Positions 21,510 to 31,489 of a stretch of DNA of 64,000 nucleotides are shown piece by piece (position 1 is the first letter of the stretch; every line of letters begins with the position of its first letter). Under the pieces are notes generated by a model, which had not been told where the DNA came from, searched no databases, and saw nothing but the letters and a program-made list of their open reading frames with translations. The position numbers were made by a program, and so were the translations under genes. Source of the DNA: an uncultured Pseudomonadota bacterium (lineage in GTDB: Bacteria > Pseudomonadota > Gammaproteobacteria > Acidiferrobacterales > UBA6901). The stretch is from positions 235,854-299,853 of the forward strand of contig CAVOQN010000006.1 of the NCBI GenBank assembly GCA_963698375.1, given 5' to 3'.

Positions 21510-21774
21510 GGTTCGTTCTCCTTTCTGGTCTGGGCCGGTTTGCACCGGGTTTGCCGTTATGGCAAGCACAGAGTAGCCAAGGGTTCCTGAACGCCCGCTG
21601 AACGGGATCGGCCCTGGGGAAACCTGTAAATCAGTGGGTTAGAAAGCTTAACGGCCGCGGGTGGATCCGTGTCCTGCAAGTTAATCGAGTAAATTGTCAG
21701 GATTCGTGCGTCTTGCAGCGCGAGTCGCTAGGATGGAGTATTCCAGAATCAAACGGACCTGAAATCATAAGCCC

Positions 21775-22155
21775 ATGCTTGGATTCTTATTACGACTACT
21801 CATCGGCGCGCTCGGATTGTGGTTGGCCTCGGAGCTGGTGCCCGGTGTTGTCGTGCAGGGGGCTTGGACCCTGCTGGGAGCGGCGCTGCTGTTAGGGATC
21901 GTCAATGCCATTGTGCGGCCGTTGCTCGTGATACTCACTCTGCCCATCACCGTTTTGACACTCGGCCTGTTCCTGCTGGTCATCAACGCGGCAACGCTCG
22001 GGCTGGTGGCGTGGATGCTCGACAACTTTACGATTGCCGGTTTCTGGCCAGCGTTGTTCGGGGCTATTGTGGTGAGTGTCACCGGTTGGCTGGCCTCATA
22101 CTTCATTGGGCCGCGCGGGCGGGTCGAAGTCATTGTTGTGCAGCATCGGCGCTAA
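21775..22155 (+). CDS. DUF360/phage-holin-family membrane protein
   Basis: 126-aa protein with four TM helices, containing LLLGIVNAIVRPLLVILTLPITVLTLGLFLLVINA. Confidence 0.75.
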   Translation: MLGFLLRLLIGALGLWLASELVPGVVVQGAWTLLGAALLLGIVNAIVRPLLVILTLPITVLTLGLFLLVINAATLGLVAWMLDNFTIAGFWPALFGAIVVSVTGWLASYFIGPRGRVEVIVVQHRR

Positions 22156-22242
22156 CGGAATGCCAATCAGCTGCTGAGGGCATCCAGTCTGGCCATACCG
22201 CCGTCGCACGTTGGCCAATGCATTTTCCTGCGTAGAGAAACC

Positions 22243-22794
22243 GTGCCGAACATCCACCACGCACCAGAACCAGAAAACCCACCTGTAGCAAAACCCGGCA
22301 CTACACGTCGTTGGCTGTGGCGCGCAATTGAACTGGTTGCAGTGCTGGTTCTGATTCTGGGCATACGCGCCTGGCAGCAGAGCGGTACCGCGCGCGGTCC
22401 GGCGCCGGCGCTGGCCGGCGAGTTGCTCGATGGAAAACCGGTAGTATTGGCGGCGTATACCGGGCAGCCGGTACTAGTGCATTTCTGGGCCACCTGGTGC
22501 CCGATCTGCCGCGCTGAACAGGGCAGCATTGACGCGCTGGCGCGCGACATGTCAGTCATCACGGTTGCCATGCAAAGTGGAGACCGCTCTGCGGTGACCC
22601 AGTATTTGCGCAACGAGGCGTTGCGTTTTCCGGTACTGAATGACCCGGATGGTGTGATGGCGACGCGGTGGGGCGTGCGTGCCGTCCCCGCGAGTTTCAT
22701 CGTGGATGGCGCCGGCCAGATTCGCTTCGTGGAAGTGGGTTACACCACCGGCGTCGGTCTGCGCCTGCGCATGTGGCTGGCCGGCTTGGAATAG
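22243..22794 (+). CDS. Membrane-anchored thioredoxin-fold thiol:disulfide oxidoreductase (TlpA/DsbE-like)
   Basis: N-terminal TM helix and the active site [10 protein letters not shown]. Confidence 0.8.
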   Translation: MPNIHHAPEPENPPVAKPGTTRRWLWRAIELVAVLVLILGIRAWQQSGTARGPAPALAGELLDGKPVVLAAYTGQPVLVHFWATWCPICRAEQGSIDALARDMSVITVAMQSGDRSAVTQYLRNEALRFPVLNDPDGVMATRWGVRAVPASFIVDGAGQIRFVEVGYTTGVGLRLRMWLAGLE

Positions 22795-22817
22795 CGATGG
22801 AGGCAGGAGCCAAGACA

Positions 22818-23272
22818 ATGCAGATCTGGGTCGATGCCGATGCCTGCCCAAAGGTAATCAAGGACATCCTGTATCGGGCCGCGGAGCGGCTGGCGATAGC
22901 GGTTATTCTGGTTGCCAACAAGCCGCTGCACACGCCGTCTTCGCCGCATATCCGTAGCATGGTGGTGGCGGCCGGTTTCGACATGGCCGACAACCGCATC
23001 GTTGAACTGGTGCAGCCGGACGATCTGGTGATTACGGCGGATATCCCGCTGGCGGCCGCCGTTATCGACGTGGCGCGCACGCGCTCAACCCGCGCGGTGA
23101 ACTCTATTCGCGCGAGAATATCCGCGAACGTCTGAATATGCGCGATTTTATGGATCAGTTGCGCAGCACCGGCGTGCAAACCGGCGGACCCTCCATGCTA
23201 AGCCACAGTGACAGGCAGGCGTTTGCCAATCAGCTGGACCGGTTTTTAAACAAGCACGCAAAGAAGGCATGA
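22818..23272 (+). pseudogene. yaiI: YaiI/YqxD family (DUF188) protein with a one-base deletion near 23062
   Basis: The protein starts [16 protein letters not shown]...[13 protein letters not shown], then the frame is lost. The -1 frame continues [41 protein letters not shown] to a stop at 23270..23272. Confidence 0.8.
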
Positions 23273-23483
23273 AATGCGGTGCGGTTCTTGTTTACCGTGA
23301 TCGATCAGGTAATGCCCCGCCCTGATTCCGTCCTGCGGATTCTCGCGCGTGGTTCGGGAGTAGTCCTGCCAACAAGGCTCTTGCATCCATGACAACGTTG
23401 TTGTCTGCAGCACGATTCAGGACCTGCTTGTCTGGGAACGGCCGTAAGCCACCTGACCCGCCCCGGTATCCGTCGAACGACTA

Positions 23484-24215
23484 TCAAGGACGGTGGTTAG
23501 TCTCCGTGGATGCCTTGATCAAGGGTTCGCGCAGGAGCGCGAACTGTCGTGGTGATACGAATTGCAGAACCTCCTTGCCCTCGCTGTCGAGAGCCAGATC
23601 CAGCCCCTTCTGCGGATAGAGAAAGTGTTCAACCCGTGCCGTGACGCGGATGCGTTCCGTGGGTGCGCCAAAGCGACTGAGCACAGTCTGTTCGTCGAGG
23701 CTGGCGGCGGGAATGAAGGTAATGCTCGCGATCGGTGCACGCCAGGCATGTGCCAGGTCGTCGTGATGCAGGAGATATTTTCGGGTGCTGCTGTCCATGT
23801 ACTCGGATTTTCTGGCGCGCCGCCGCAACGTTGCCACCGCTTGCTTGTCCATGTCCGCAACCAGGATCAATTTTCCCATGATCACGCCGGTGGTCACGCT
23901 ACTTGAATAGGCCTCCAGCGAGCCTGGCTCACCCGGCGCGGCGACAATGGCGATCTGCATGTCCGTGCCGAACTGCCTGCGCGCATCGTCCAGGGTGCTG
24001 CGTGCCGGGATCAGGCCGAAAACCCTTGTTTCCCCATTTGGCAGAATTTCGATCTGCCATGGCAACCCCGATAACGGTTGTCCCACGGGTTTCTCGCTGG
24101 CGCGAAACAGCGCGCTTATCACGATAACGGCGCCAATCAGCAACAGAAATGCAGCAGCGCTTTTCACTGAGTACCCGCGGCAGGAGCGTTTCGGGTCAAT
24201 CCGGAGCCTGACCAT
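23484..24215 (-). CDS. Hypothetical membrane-anchored protein
   Basis: 243-aa ORF with a single N-terminal TM helix. No recognisable motif. Confidence 0.5.
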   Translation of the reverse strand: MVRLRIDPKRSCRGYSVKSAAAFLLLIGAVIVISALFRASEKPVGQPLSGLPWQIEILPNGETRVFGLIPARSTLDDARRQFGTDMQIAIVAAPGEPGSLEAYSSSVTTGVIMGKLILVADMDKQAVATLRRRARKSEYMDSSTRKYLLHHDDLAHAWRAPIASITFIPAASLDEQTVLSRFGAPTERIRVTARVEHFLYPQKGLDLALDSEGKEVLQFVSPRQFALLREPLIKASTETNHRP

Positions 24216-24568
24216 ACAAGCGGGCAGAAATCGATTTGGTCGTTTAGCAGAAGAACACGCATGATATTTGCCTGGCCCCTGTTTTTTTGAAGCATCCCTG
24301 ACGCCACACGCAGGGGCAGGTTAATGAGCATATTAATGTCATTGCGGTGACCAAACTGGTCAACAGTGACCGCGCACGGCAGCGCACTTTCCAGCGGCCA
24401 ATTCCCTAACCCATTGATTCATAAAGCCCCACAAAACGGCACGGCGTGTGCAATGTTCCAACTTCAAGAAAGGGTGCGCAATGATGCCAGTACACATCAT
24501 TGTCTCCAAGACGGCGAGGGAATTGCCAACGTTTTCCCATAACCGCCAGCCGAGAGAAAGGTCTAGAC

Positions 24569-25387
24569 ATGAAAAAGTTAGTTGCCCTGTTCGGAATCAT
24601 TCTGTTGTTCGCATCCGCCGGCGTGTACGCCAGCGACAATCTTTTCCCGCATCGTGAAAAGTTCAAGCATGTGCAAATCATGTCGCCTGAGGCACTGCAC
24701 AAGGATCTGTCCAATGTTGTTCTGGTGGACGTGCGTTCGCGTTATGAATTCGAGACCATGCATATCAAGGGCGCGCTGCACATCATCCTTCACAAGGAAA
24801 AATTGCCAGCCGCCACCATCGAGCTTCGCGCCAAGTCAGCCAAGCCGATCGTGTTCTACTGCAACGGCAACAGCTGCAAAAAGTCGTATGAGGCCGCCGA
24901 TCTCGCCATCAAGGCTGGCGTACCCAATGTCTATGCTTACGATGCCGGCCTCGACCTCTGGTCGAAGCAGTACCCGGAGCAGAGTGTGCTGCTCGGCAAG
25001 AGCCCGATGAATCCCGCCGACCTCATCAGCAAGGGAGCATTCAAGAAGCGTCTTATCAACGGCTCGGAGTTCGAGACGCGTCTGGAGAATGGCGCCGTCG
25101 TCCTCGATGTGCGTGACTTGCGCCAGCGCGACGTGGTGCTGTTCCCGATGCGTGAAATGCGCGCCCCGCTGGACGACACGAAGAAGATCGTCGCTGCCGT
25201 GGCCGAGGCCAAGAAGTCCAAGAAGCCCCTGCTGGTGTATGACAAGGTCGGCAAGCAGACCCGCTGGTTCCAGTATTATCTGGAGCAGCAGGGCATGAAG
25301 GACTACTATTTTCTCGACGGTGGGTCCGAGGGTTACTACGAGGGCAAGTTTGGCAAGTTGAATTTCAAGGTTCCGGAACAAGGCTAG
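24569..25387 (+). CDS. Periplasmic tandem rhodanese-domain protein
   Basis: Signal peptide MKKLVALFGIILLFASAGVYA. First rhodanese domain VLVDVRSRYEFETMHIKGALHI with IVFYCNGNSCKKS. A second degenerate domain follows. Confidence 0.75.
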   Translation: MKKLVALFGIILLFASAGVYASDNLFPHREKFKHVQIMSPEALHKDLSNVVLVDVRSRYEFETMHIKGALHIILHKEKLPAATIELRAKSAKPIVFYCNGNSCKKSYEAADLAIKAGVPNVYAYDAGLDLWSKQYPEQSVLLGKSPMNPADLISKGAFKKRLINGSEFETRLENGAVVLDVRDLRQRDVVLFPMREMRAPLDDTKKIVAAVAEAKKSKKPLLVYDKVGKQTRWFQYYLEQQGMKDYYFLDGGSEGYYEGKFGKLNFKVPEQG

Positions 25388-25410
25388 TCAACGGCCAGAA
25401 GTTGACACGA

Positions 25411-25443
25411 AAAACGGGCCGCCTGACAGGTGGCCCGTTTTTC
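25411..25443. terminator. Bidirectional Rho-independent terminator between the convergent rhodanese and metA genes
   Basis: The sequence aaaACGGGCCGCCtgacaGGTGGCCCGTtttt forms a 10-bp stem (one G-U pair) flanked by an A-run and a T-run. Confidence 0.7.
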
Positions 25444-25471
25444 ATTCCGCTTCGAAATACAGCGTTCTAAA

Positions 25472-26545
25472 TCAGCGCGATCTCAATCCCAGCGGGTCAT
25501 TCGGATCGATGTGCTGCTGGAACGGCAGCTTGCGGTCATGGTTGGTAATTTGATAGACCTTCCCCACCCAGTTGTCGACCACCGCTTCGGCGGTATCGTG
25601 CCAGGTGTTATCGAGACCGGCACTGATCAGCGGCTCCGGAAATTCCGGTACGATAGTCCCCTGCGCGCGTGCGGCCTCGACCCGTTCCCGGTGTTCATCG
25701 AGAATCGCCTGAGTCTTGGAGCTGAAATAATTGACCAGCAGCGGCGGGTAGTCCGGGTGCTCGCCTTTTGAGTAGCGCGCCACTTCACGCTTGTACTCCT
25801 TTAACAGACTGACCGTGTCGTACTCCGGGTGACCCTGAAAGAACACGATGCGGAAACCATCCGGGCTGGTGGCGAGATGCACACCCGCAGTTTCACTTTC
25901 CACCAGAATACGCAGCCCGGCCTGCTCGAACTGCGCGCGCGAGACATCATTAAAGCGAGAGTGCGGCACGTCGAAACGCGTGTTGACATCCGCTACCAGC
26001 GGATGACGACGGTCTACCACGCGGTGCGAAAATACACCCCAGCGCTTGAAGCCGAGATGCTTGCGCTTTTGCGCGTAACGGAACTGCAGAACCGCATGCG
26101 AGGCGAGGCATGAGCAGATCGTGGAGGTGACATTGGCGTATGCCCAGTCAATTACCTCGATAAGCGGCTCCCAGAACGGTTCCTTGGCGAGATCTGGCTG
26201 GGTGACGTTGGCGCCGCTGATGATGAGCGCATCCAGCCCCAGTGCCTTGATCTGATCGAAGCTTTCATAATAATTATCCACATGTGCCCGGCCTTCGGGT
26301 CCGCGCTTGAGCGCGTCGAGCGTGAACGGGTGCATATAGAACTGCGCAATCTGGTTGCTTTCCCCGATCAGGCGGAAGAACTGGCGCTCGGTAGCGGCCA
26401 GCGCCGCGTCCGGCATCATGTTGAGCAGGCCGATGTGTAATTCGCGGATGTCCTGGTGCAGGGCGGCATCTCCGGGCACAACCAGTTCGCCTTCACGGCG
26501 CAAACGCTCAAAGGTGGGCAGGGCGGAGTTGGCGACAAGAGGCAT
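25472..26545 (-). CDS. metA: Homoserine O-acyltransferase (MetA family)
   Basis: Contains LHIGLLNMMPD and ALIISGANV, and has the overall MetA length. Confidence 0.9.
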   Translation of the reverse strand: MPLVANSALPTFERLRREGELVVPGDAALHQDIRELHIGLLNMMPDAALAATERQFFRLIGESNQIAQFYMHPFTLDALKRGPEGRAHVDNYYESFDQIKALGLDALIISGANVTQPDLAKEPFWEPLIEVIDWAYANVTSTICSCLASHAVLQFRYAQKRKHLGFKRWGVFSHRVVDRRHPLVADVNTRFDVPHSRFNDVSRAQFEQAGLRILVESETAGVHLATSPDGFRIVFFQGHPEYDTVSLLKEYKREVARYSKGEHPDYPPLLVNYFSSKTQAILDEHRERVEAARAQGTIVPEFPEPLISAGLDNTWHDTAEAVVDNWVGKVYQITNHDRKLPFQQHIDPNDPLGLRSR

Positions 26546-26578
26546 GGTGAGTTTGTCCCCGATACGGTGCGCGGACAG

Positions 26579-27424
26579 TCAGGCCTGCCGTTCCAGCACC
26601 CGCTCCACCACTCGCAGGAAGCTCGCTTCGTCGCGGACTTCCCTGAGCTCCTCGGTGCTGAGCGTGTAGCCGTACTGGTTGACGATGGCCTGGTAACGCG
26701 GAATGCGCGAATAGAAAAGGCGCGGGAACATCCAGCGCACGAAATCGTCCGGATCGATTTCCGCCACGTAGCCGTGGCCTTTTTCGCGCAGGTAGAGGTT
26801 GAGTTGTTCGTCGAGGAACGTCTCGCGGTAATAGAGCGGCTTCGGATCGTCCTCGGCACGCTTGATGAGTTCCTGTTCGTCTTTCTCGTTCGCCTTTATA
26901 TAAAGGATGAGCGTGTGCTCGGCCAGCACCTTGAGGGTCTCGGGATCGTCGAGTTCGCACAGCGAGCCACCGGCGTCGTTCACGAAGTGCCGGTAGCCGT
27001 AGATCGCCTTGCTCTTGCCGATGAATTCCGGCACGTCCCTCATGGCCGCAATCTCCGCGTCACGGTGCAGCGTCTGGCGGTGCTTGAACTCCTTGAGGCC
27101 GAGGCCGCCCTGTTCGGGGTTGCCCAGTTTTCCGAGGAAGCTCGATACCGGCTGCAGGTTGTCCACCGTAATATTGTTGCGGATGTAAATCGAGTCGGTA
27201 CGCAGCAGATCGCGCAGAAACGGGATCTGCATGGCCTGCAGCTTGATGTTGTCCAGGATTGCCTCGTCCAGGTAGCGCGTGCCGATGCGGTAGTCGCCGG
27301 AGTAGTGGAACCAGTGGCTCTTGCGTAGCCGCGCTGCGAGCTGCGTCTTGCCCACGCCGGACATGCCGAGCAGGGTAATGCACTTGTTGTCCCAGGCCTT
27401 GAAGTCTTTTGCGCTCAGCTTCAC
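26579..27424 (-). CDS. P-loop NTPase of unknown function, immediately upstream of metA
   Basis: Walker A motif GMSGVGKT. 281-aa protein with a GTG start, ending 33 nt before metA. Confidence 0.7.
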   Translation of the reverse strand: MKLSAKDFKAWDNKCITLLGMSGVGKTQLAARLRKSHWFHYSGDYRIGTRYLDEAILDNIKLQAMQIPFLRDLLRTDSIYIRNNITVDNLQPVSSFLGKLGNPEQGGLGLKEFKHRQTLHRDAEIAAMRDVPEFIGKSKAIYGYRHFVNDAGGSLCELDDPETLKVLAEHTLILYIKANEKDEQELIKRAEDDPKPLYYRETFLDEQLNLYLREKGHGYVAEIDPDDFVRWMFPRLFYSRIPRYQAIVNQYGYTLSTEELREVRDEASFLRVVERVLERQA

Positions 27425-27531
27425 GATGGCATCCGGCAGGTGGTTTCCAATCTATTGTATGACATCTTTGTGCAAAGCGAACGTACCGGCCCAAACCTAA
27501 AGTGATCGCACATCAGCGGGAGAATATGAAC

Positions 27532-27873
27532 ATGAGCTGCATCTTTTGCAGGATTGCACGGGGCGAAATCCCCGCCGACGTGGTGCTCGACGAGCCGGAG
27601 CTGTTTGCATTTCGCGACATCAATCCGGTGGCGCCAACCCATGTACTGGTGATTCCGAAGCGCCATATCGCGTCGCTGGCCGACATCACCGCCGCGGAGG
27701 CAGGGATCATCGGCAAGCTGTTCCTGGCCGCACGCGAGATTGCCGCCCGCGACGGGGCGCTGACCAGGGGCTTTCGCACCGTGTTCAACAGCGGCCCGGA
27801 CGCCGGCCAGACGGTATTTCACCTGCATCTGCACGTGCTCGCCGGGCGCGGCATGAGCTGGCCGCCGGGCTGA
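27532..27873 (+). CDS. hinT: Histidine triad (HIT) nucleotide-binding protein
   Basis: Contains CIFCRIARGEIPA and the triad HLHLHVLAG. Confidence 0.85.
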   Translation: MSCIFCRIARGEIPADVVLDEPELFAFRDINPVAPTHVLVIPKRHIASLADITAAEAGIIGKLFLAAREIAARDGALTRGFRTVFNSGPDAGQTVFHLHLHVLAGRGMSWPPG

Positions 27874-28162
27874 GTTTTCGAAACATGACTGTTAAGTACT
27901 GGTTGTAGATGCGTGTTTCGCGGCCGTAACTTTGCACACTCTTTGATCGCTCGAGTCCGGAACCGTGCTTCTGGAGGAAAAAATCGGGTACTAATACACC
28001 AGCCGGCCCACAGGACCACGCTCCATGGGCACTGCCCGCAGGGATACCGCCGCTGTGATACAGGAGTGCAGTTTCAATAGTGCGTGTGGTGCAGCGTGCT
28101 CCGTCCTGAGGGCGTCAGCTGTGATAAACTGCACGTCTACCGCCCTAGAAAATTATGCCGCC

Positions 28163-28622
28163 ATGAACACCGTTATCATCCCGATACAGCCCGCCGCCAA
28201 GGTGAAGATTACACCGGAGAACAAGTGCAGCTTCTGCAAAGGCTCGACTTGCTGCACTTACCTCACCCATCAGATCGACACACCGCGTTCCATGGAAGAC
28301 TTCGACATGCTGCTCTGGCAGATTTCGCACGCCAACACGCAAGCGTACAAGGACTCGGATGGCTGGTTCCTGTCTGGTGAACAACCGTTGCCTGCATCTG
28401 CACGACGACGGGCGCTGCGGCATCTACGAGACGCGCCCGCAAATCTGCCGCGATCACACGAACGACGAGTGTGAGTTTGACGGCCCGTGCGGCGGGGACG
28501 ACTTCGACCTGTTCTTCCCGGACTACGCGTCGCTGCTCAAGTATTGCCGCAAGAAGTTTAAGGGCTGGGATGCACGCCTCAAGCCTGCGAAGACCGGGAA
28601 GAAAAAGACTTCGCGGAAATAG
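28163..28622 (+). pseudogene. YkgJ-family Cys-cluster (zinc/iron-chelating) protein with a one-base insertion near 28371
   Basis: CSFCKGSTCC lies in the first frame. CLHLHDDGRCGIYETRPQICRDH lies in the +1 frame (ORF 28359..28622). The junction is DSDGWFL|LVNNRC. Confidence 0.75.
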
Positions 28623-28705
28623 TGGATCACGTGCACGCCCTGGCCCGATTTTCTCCGGGCGCTGCTTTCGCCTTCTTTGTATGTGAATAACGCCCGGGTC
28701 TGCGC

Positions 28706-29668
28706 ATGCGATCGCCAAAACTCACTCCCGAGGAATATACCGCACTCGCTGCGTTTGAGCCGCGCCTCGGGCGGTTGTACGTTCGCCAACGCCTTGGGTT
28801 GGAGAACGATTACGAGGCACGTATCTTCCGCAAGGGCACGCATTTTTTTCATCTCGAAAACTGGTACTCCGTCCATTCGCTGATCCGCAACAGCCTGCGC
28901 CTGGTCGGACTGCATGGCCGCGGCCGGCGCAATGCGCTGGCCATTCAGGTGCGCGAGAACGAAATCAGGCTGCCGAGCCTGCCGCGTGCGTTTGATGGCT
29001 ATACGGTTTTACATCTCTCCGATTTGCACGTGGACATGAACCATGGGTTTGCGCAGGCGCTCATCGAAAATCTGCGCTCCCTGGATTATGACCTGTGCGT
29101 GCTGACCGGCGACTACCGCGCGCGCACCTTCGGGCCGTTCGCGGCAACGCTCACCGGGCTTGAGCAGCTGCGTAGGCATCTCAAAAACACGGTGTACGCC
29201 GTATTCGGAAATCACGACACCATCCGCATGGCACCGGGCATGGAGGCGATGGGCTATCGGTTGTTGCTGAATGAGTGGGTAAAGTTGCAGCGCGATGGCG
29301 AGACGATCTATCTTGCCGGGATCGACGATGCGCACTACTACCGGATGGAGAATTTTCACCGTGCCGCGCAGGACATCCCGGACGGGGCCTGCTCGATTCT
29401 GCTGTCGCACACGCCCGAGGCCTACCGGCATGCGGCACACGCGGATTTCAAGCTGATGTTGTGCGGCCACACCCATGGCGGGCAGATCTGTCTGCCAGGT
29501 GGTGTGCCGATAATCACCGATGCCGATTGCCCACGCGAACTGGCGCGCGGCGCCTGGAAGTACCACGACCTGATCGGTTACACCTCGGTAGGCGCAGGCT
29601 CGTGCATCGTGGATGTGCGGCTCAACTGTCCGCCGGAGATTACACTGCACCGACTGGTTTGTTCCTGA
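28706..29668 (+). CDS. Calcineurin-like metallophosphoesterase (YaeI-like)
   Basis: Contains LHLSDLHVD, GDYRA, GNHD, LLSHTPE and GHTHGGQ motifs. Confidence 0.85.
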   Translation: MRSPKLTPEEYTALAAFEPRLGRLYVRQRLGLENDYEARIFRKGTHFFHLENWYSVHSLIRNSLRLVGLHGRGRRNALAIQVRENEIRLPSLPRAFDGYTVLHLSDLHVDMNHGFAQALIENLRSLDYDLCVLTGDYRARTFGPFAATLTGLEQLRRHLKNTVYAVFGNHDTIRMAPGMEAMGYRLLLNEWVKLQRDGETIYLAGIDDAHYYRMENFHRAAQDIPDGACSILLSHTPEAYRHAAHADFKLMLCGHTHGGQICLPGGVPIITDADCPRELARGAWKYHDLIGYTSVGAGSCIVDVRLNCPPEITLHRLVCS

Positions 29669-30153
29669 GCCTTAATACGGCCGGTTGCGGATATGCAGTT
29701 TTATACAGCAGGTGTGACAGCACCAGTTCCAGCACGATAAAGGCTGCAACGATGATGGCGATGTCGTCGTAGCCAAGGCCGAGTTGCTGTCGCAGCACCA
29801 GCAAAGGCAGCAGAGACTCCGGAACCTGATCGAGGCCGAACGCCTGGCTGTGTGCGCGCAGCCCGAGTCGGCGTTTGATAAAACTCGACAGCAGGTCGCC
29901 AAGCATGGAGGCCGAGGCCAGCCCGGCGCCGGTAATCCATTCAAAACCGAGCAACGGTGCGGCCAGTGTCGTGCAAAGCCACCGACAGCACCAGCCCACG
30001 CACGGTCTTGGACGGTCCAAACAGCGGCCGTCCATCCGGAAATTTCAGCCCACCGTCGAGCGGGGAATTGAAGCGCTTGCCGAACAGCCGCTTTGCGAAA
30101 ATCGGTGTGCCGTTTGCGACACCGAGCAGTATCAGGATTTCGACAATCAACAA
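29640..30153 (-). pseudogene. CDP-archaeol synthase-like (DUF46/CarS family) membrane protein, frameshifted near 29970
   Basis: LLGVANGTPIFAKRLFG...GPSKTVRGL is in the 29941..30153 frame. ASMLGDLLSSFIKRRLG is in the 29640..30035 frame. The only nearby ATG (30169) is in a third frame, so the start is also uncertain. Confidence 0.65.
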
Positions 30154-30381
30154 GGAAGTGGTCAGCCATGCCGGAAGCCCTGCTACGTTCGTCCTTTCAT
30201 GTTAGGCTACCTATCTTCCCGTGTTGCGTGCAGTACTACAAGCCATGTCGATCGTGATTTCCGGTTTGACCGCGACAGCAGCGAGAGTCTATTTTACGCT
30301 CCGGCGATTTGCCGGACTTGGACTATAATGAATTCTGCACGCCGATGTGCGACATCGACGCAGCGTGGTCAGGAGAACAGA

Positions 30382-30945
30382 ATGAAGCCATGGATCGCAT
30401 TTCTCTTCAGCAGCTCGCTGTTGATTCTCGGTATCACCCAGACGCAGGCCGCCGTATCAGCTCGCCACCCCCGAACAGGATCGTTATGCCAAGCAGGCGG
30501 TACCGCCGTCCGGCAAGGCGTTGATCTATGTCTATCGTCTGGAGGATGCCATACCTCAGACGTCGCCCGGACTCTGGCTCAATAAACGCAATTCCGGTCA
30601 GCTGGAGCCGCGACACCTACGGCATGTGGGCGGCCGGCCCAGGGACGGCTCGAGGTCCGCGCAGGCCGGGCGGATGCCACGCCGTTGACGATCACCTGTG
30701 AAGCCGGGCGGATCTATTTCGTGCAGCTGGCGGTGAATGCGGATGGAAGCGTGCGTCTGCGCCAGGTGGCTTACGGTACCGGCCGCACAGGGATGCGCAA
30801 GGCACGCCTTGTCCTTGATCCGGCAATTGCCGCGCGCGCCGCCGCTACACCCAAGCCGGCTACACCTGCCGCGCCGCTCCCGGCGCCTGCAAAAACACGC
30901 CGGACCAAGCAAAGCGACCAGGAGGCCGAGCGACGTCCCGACTGA
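30382..30945 (+). pseudogene. DUF2846-like secreted protein with three +1 frameshifts
   Basis: AGGAGA ribosome-binding site and signal peptide MKPWIAFLFSSSLLILGITQTQA. Then YQLATPEQDRYAKQAVPPSGKALIYVYRL...LWLNKR (+1), TYGMWAAGPG (+2) and GRLEVRAGRADATPLTITCEAGRIYFVQL (back to the original frame). Breaks at about 30455, 30612 and 30635. Confidence 0.55.
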
Positions 30946-30959
30946 CCAGGGGAAGTAGC

Positions 30960-31466
30960 TGGCATTACTTCATTTTCAAGGGCGGAAGTTTCTCATGGGG
31001 AGCGATATCCAGACCATTAATGCCGACAGCATACCGAGCTTCTCGGCCACGCGATGTCGCGGCGTATGGTATGGAGGGGGAGTGGCGCTCGAGCAACGGC
31101 TTCGCCTTCGGCTGGAGCGTTCGGCCATACCCAGGATTCACTACGACTGCCCGTCGTACCGTCAGGGCGACATGAGTGTGACAAGGTTCTTGTCAATGCG
31201 AAGAAATACTTCCGTCCGAGGCGATTGTGCAGCCGTATCATTGGGGCTGGCATCGGTATCGCGCTGGTCACAGTTTCCGGGCGACTGGACAGGCAGCTAC
31301 CGGCGGTTTTGCCTTGCAGGGCATGGCCGGCGTCGCATTCCGCTGGCGAGCATGTCGGCATCTACACCGAGTTCAAGTACACACGCGCCGAGTTGAGGAT
31401 TCGGCGGGTCAGACTGTGGATGTCTCCGGCACCGGCCTGTTTGCCGGCATGAGCGTGCACTTCTGA
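30960..31466 (+). pseudogene. Beta-barrel outer-membrane-protein-like remnant, heavily frameshifted, with no recognisable signal peptide
   Basis: Fragments occur in all three frames: YFIFKGGSFSWG, AAYGMEGEWRSSNGFAFGWSV, IIGAGIGIALVTVSG, GGFALQGMAGVAFRW, HVGIYTEFKYTRAEL and GQTVDVSGTGLFAGMSVHF* (a typical barrel C-terminal Phe). Confidence 0.45.
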
Positions 31467-31489
31467 TTTGCCACATGGCCGTGTCGCGC

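Noticed and set aside
29875-30585. A 236-aa plus-strand ORF spanning the CarS-like gene region
   Set aside because: Its first about 170 codons are antisense to the CarS-like gene and featureless. Only the last part (from the ATG at 30382) is real and is annotated as the DUF2846-like gene.
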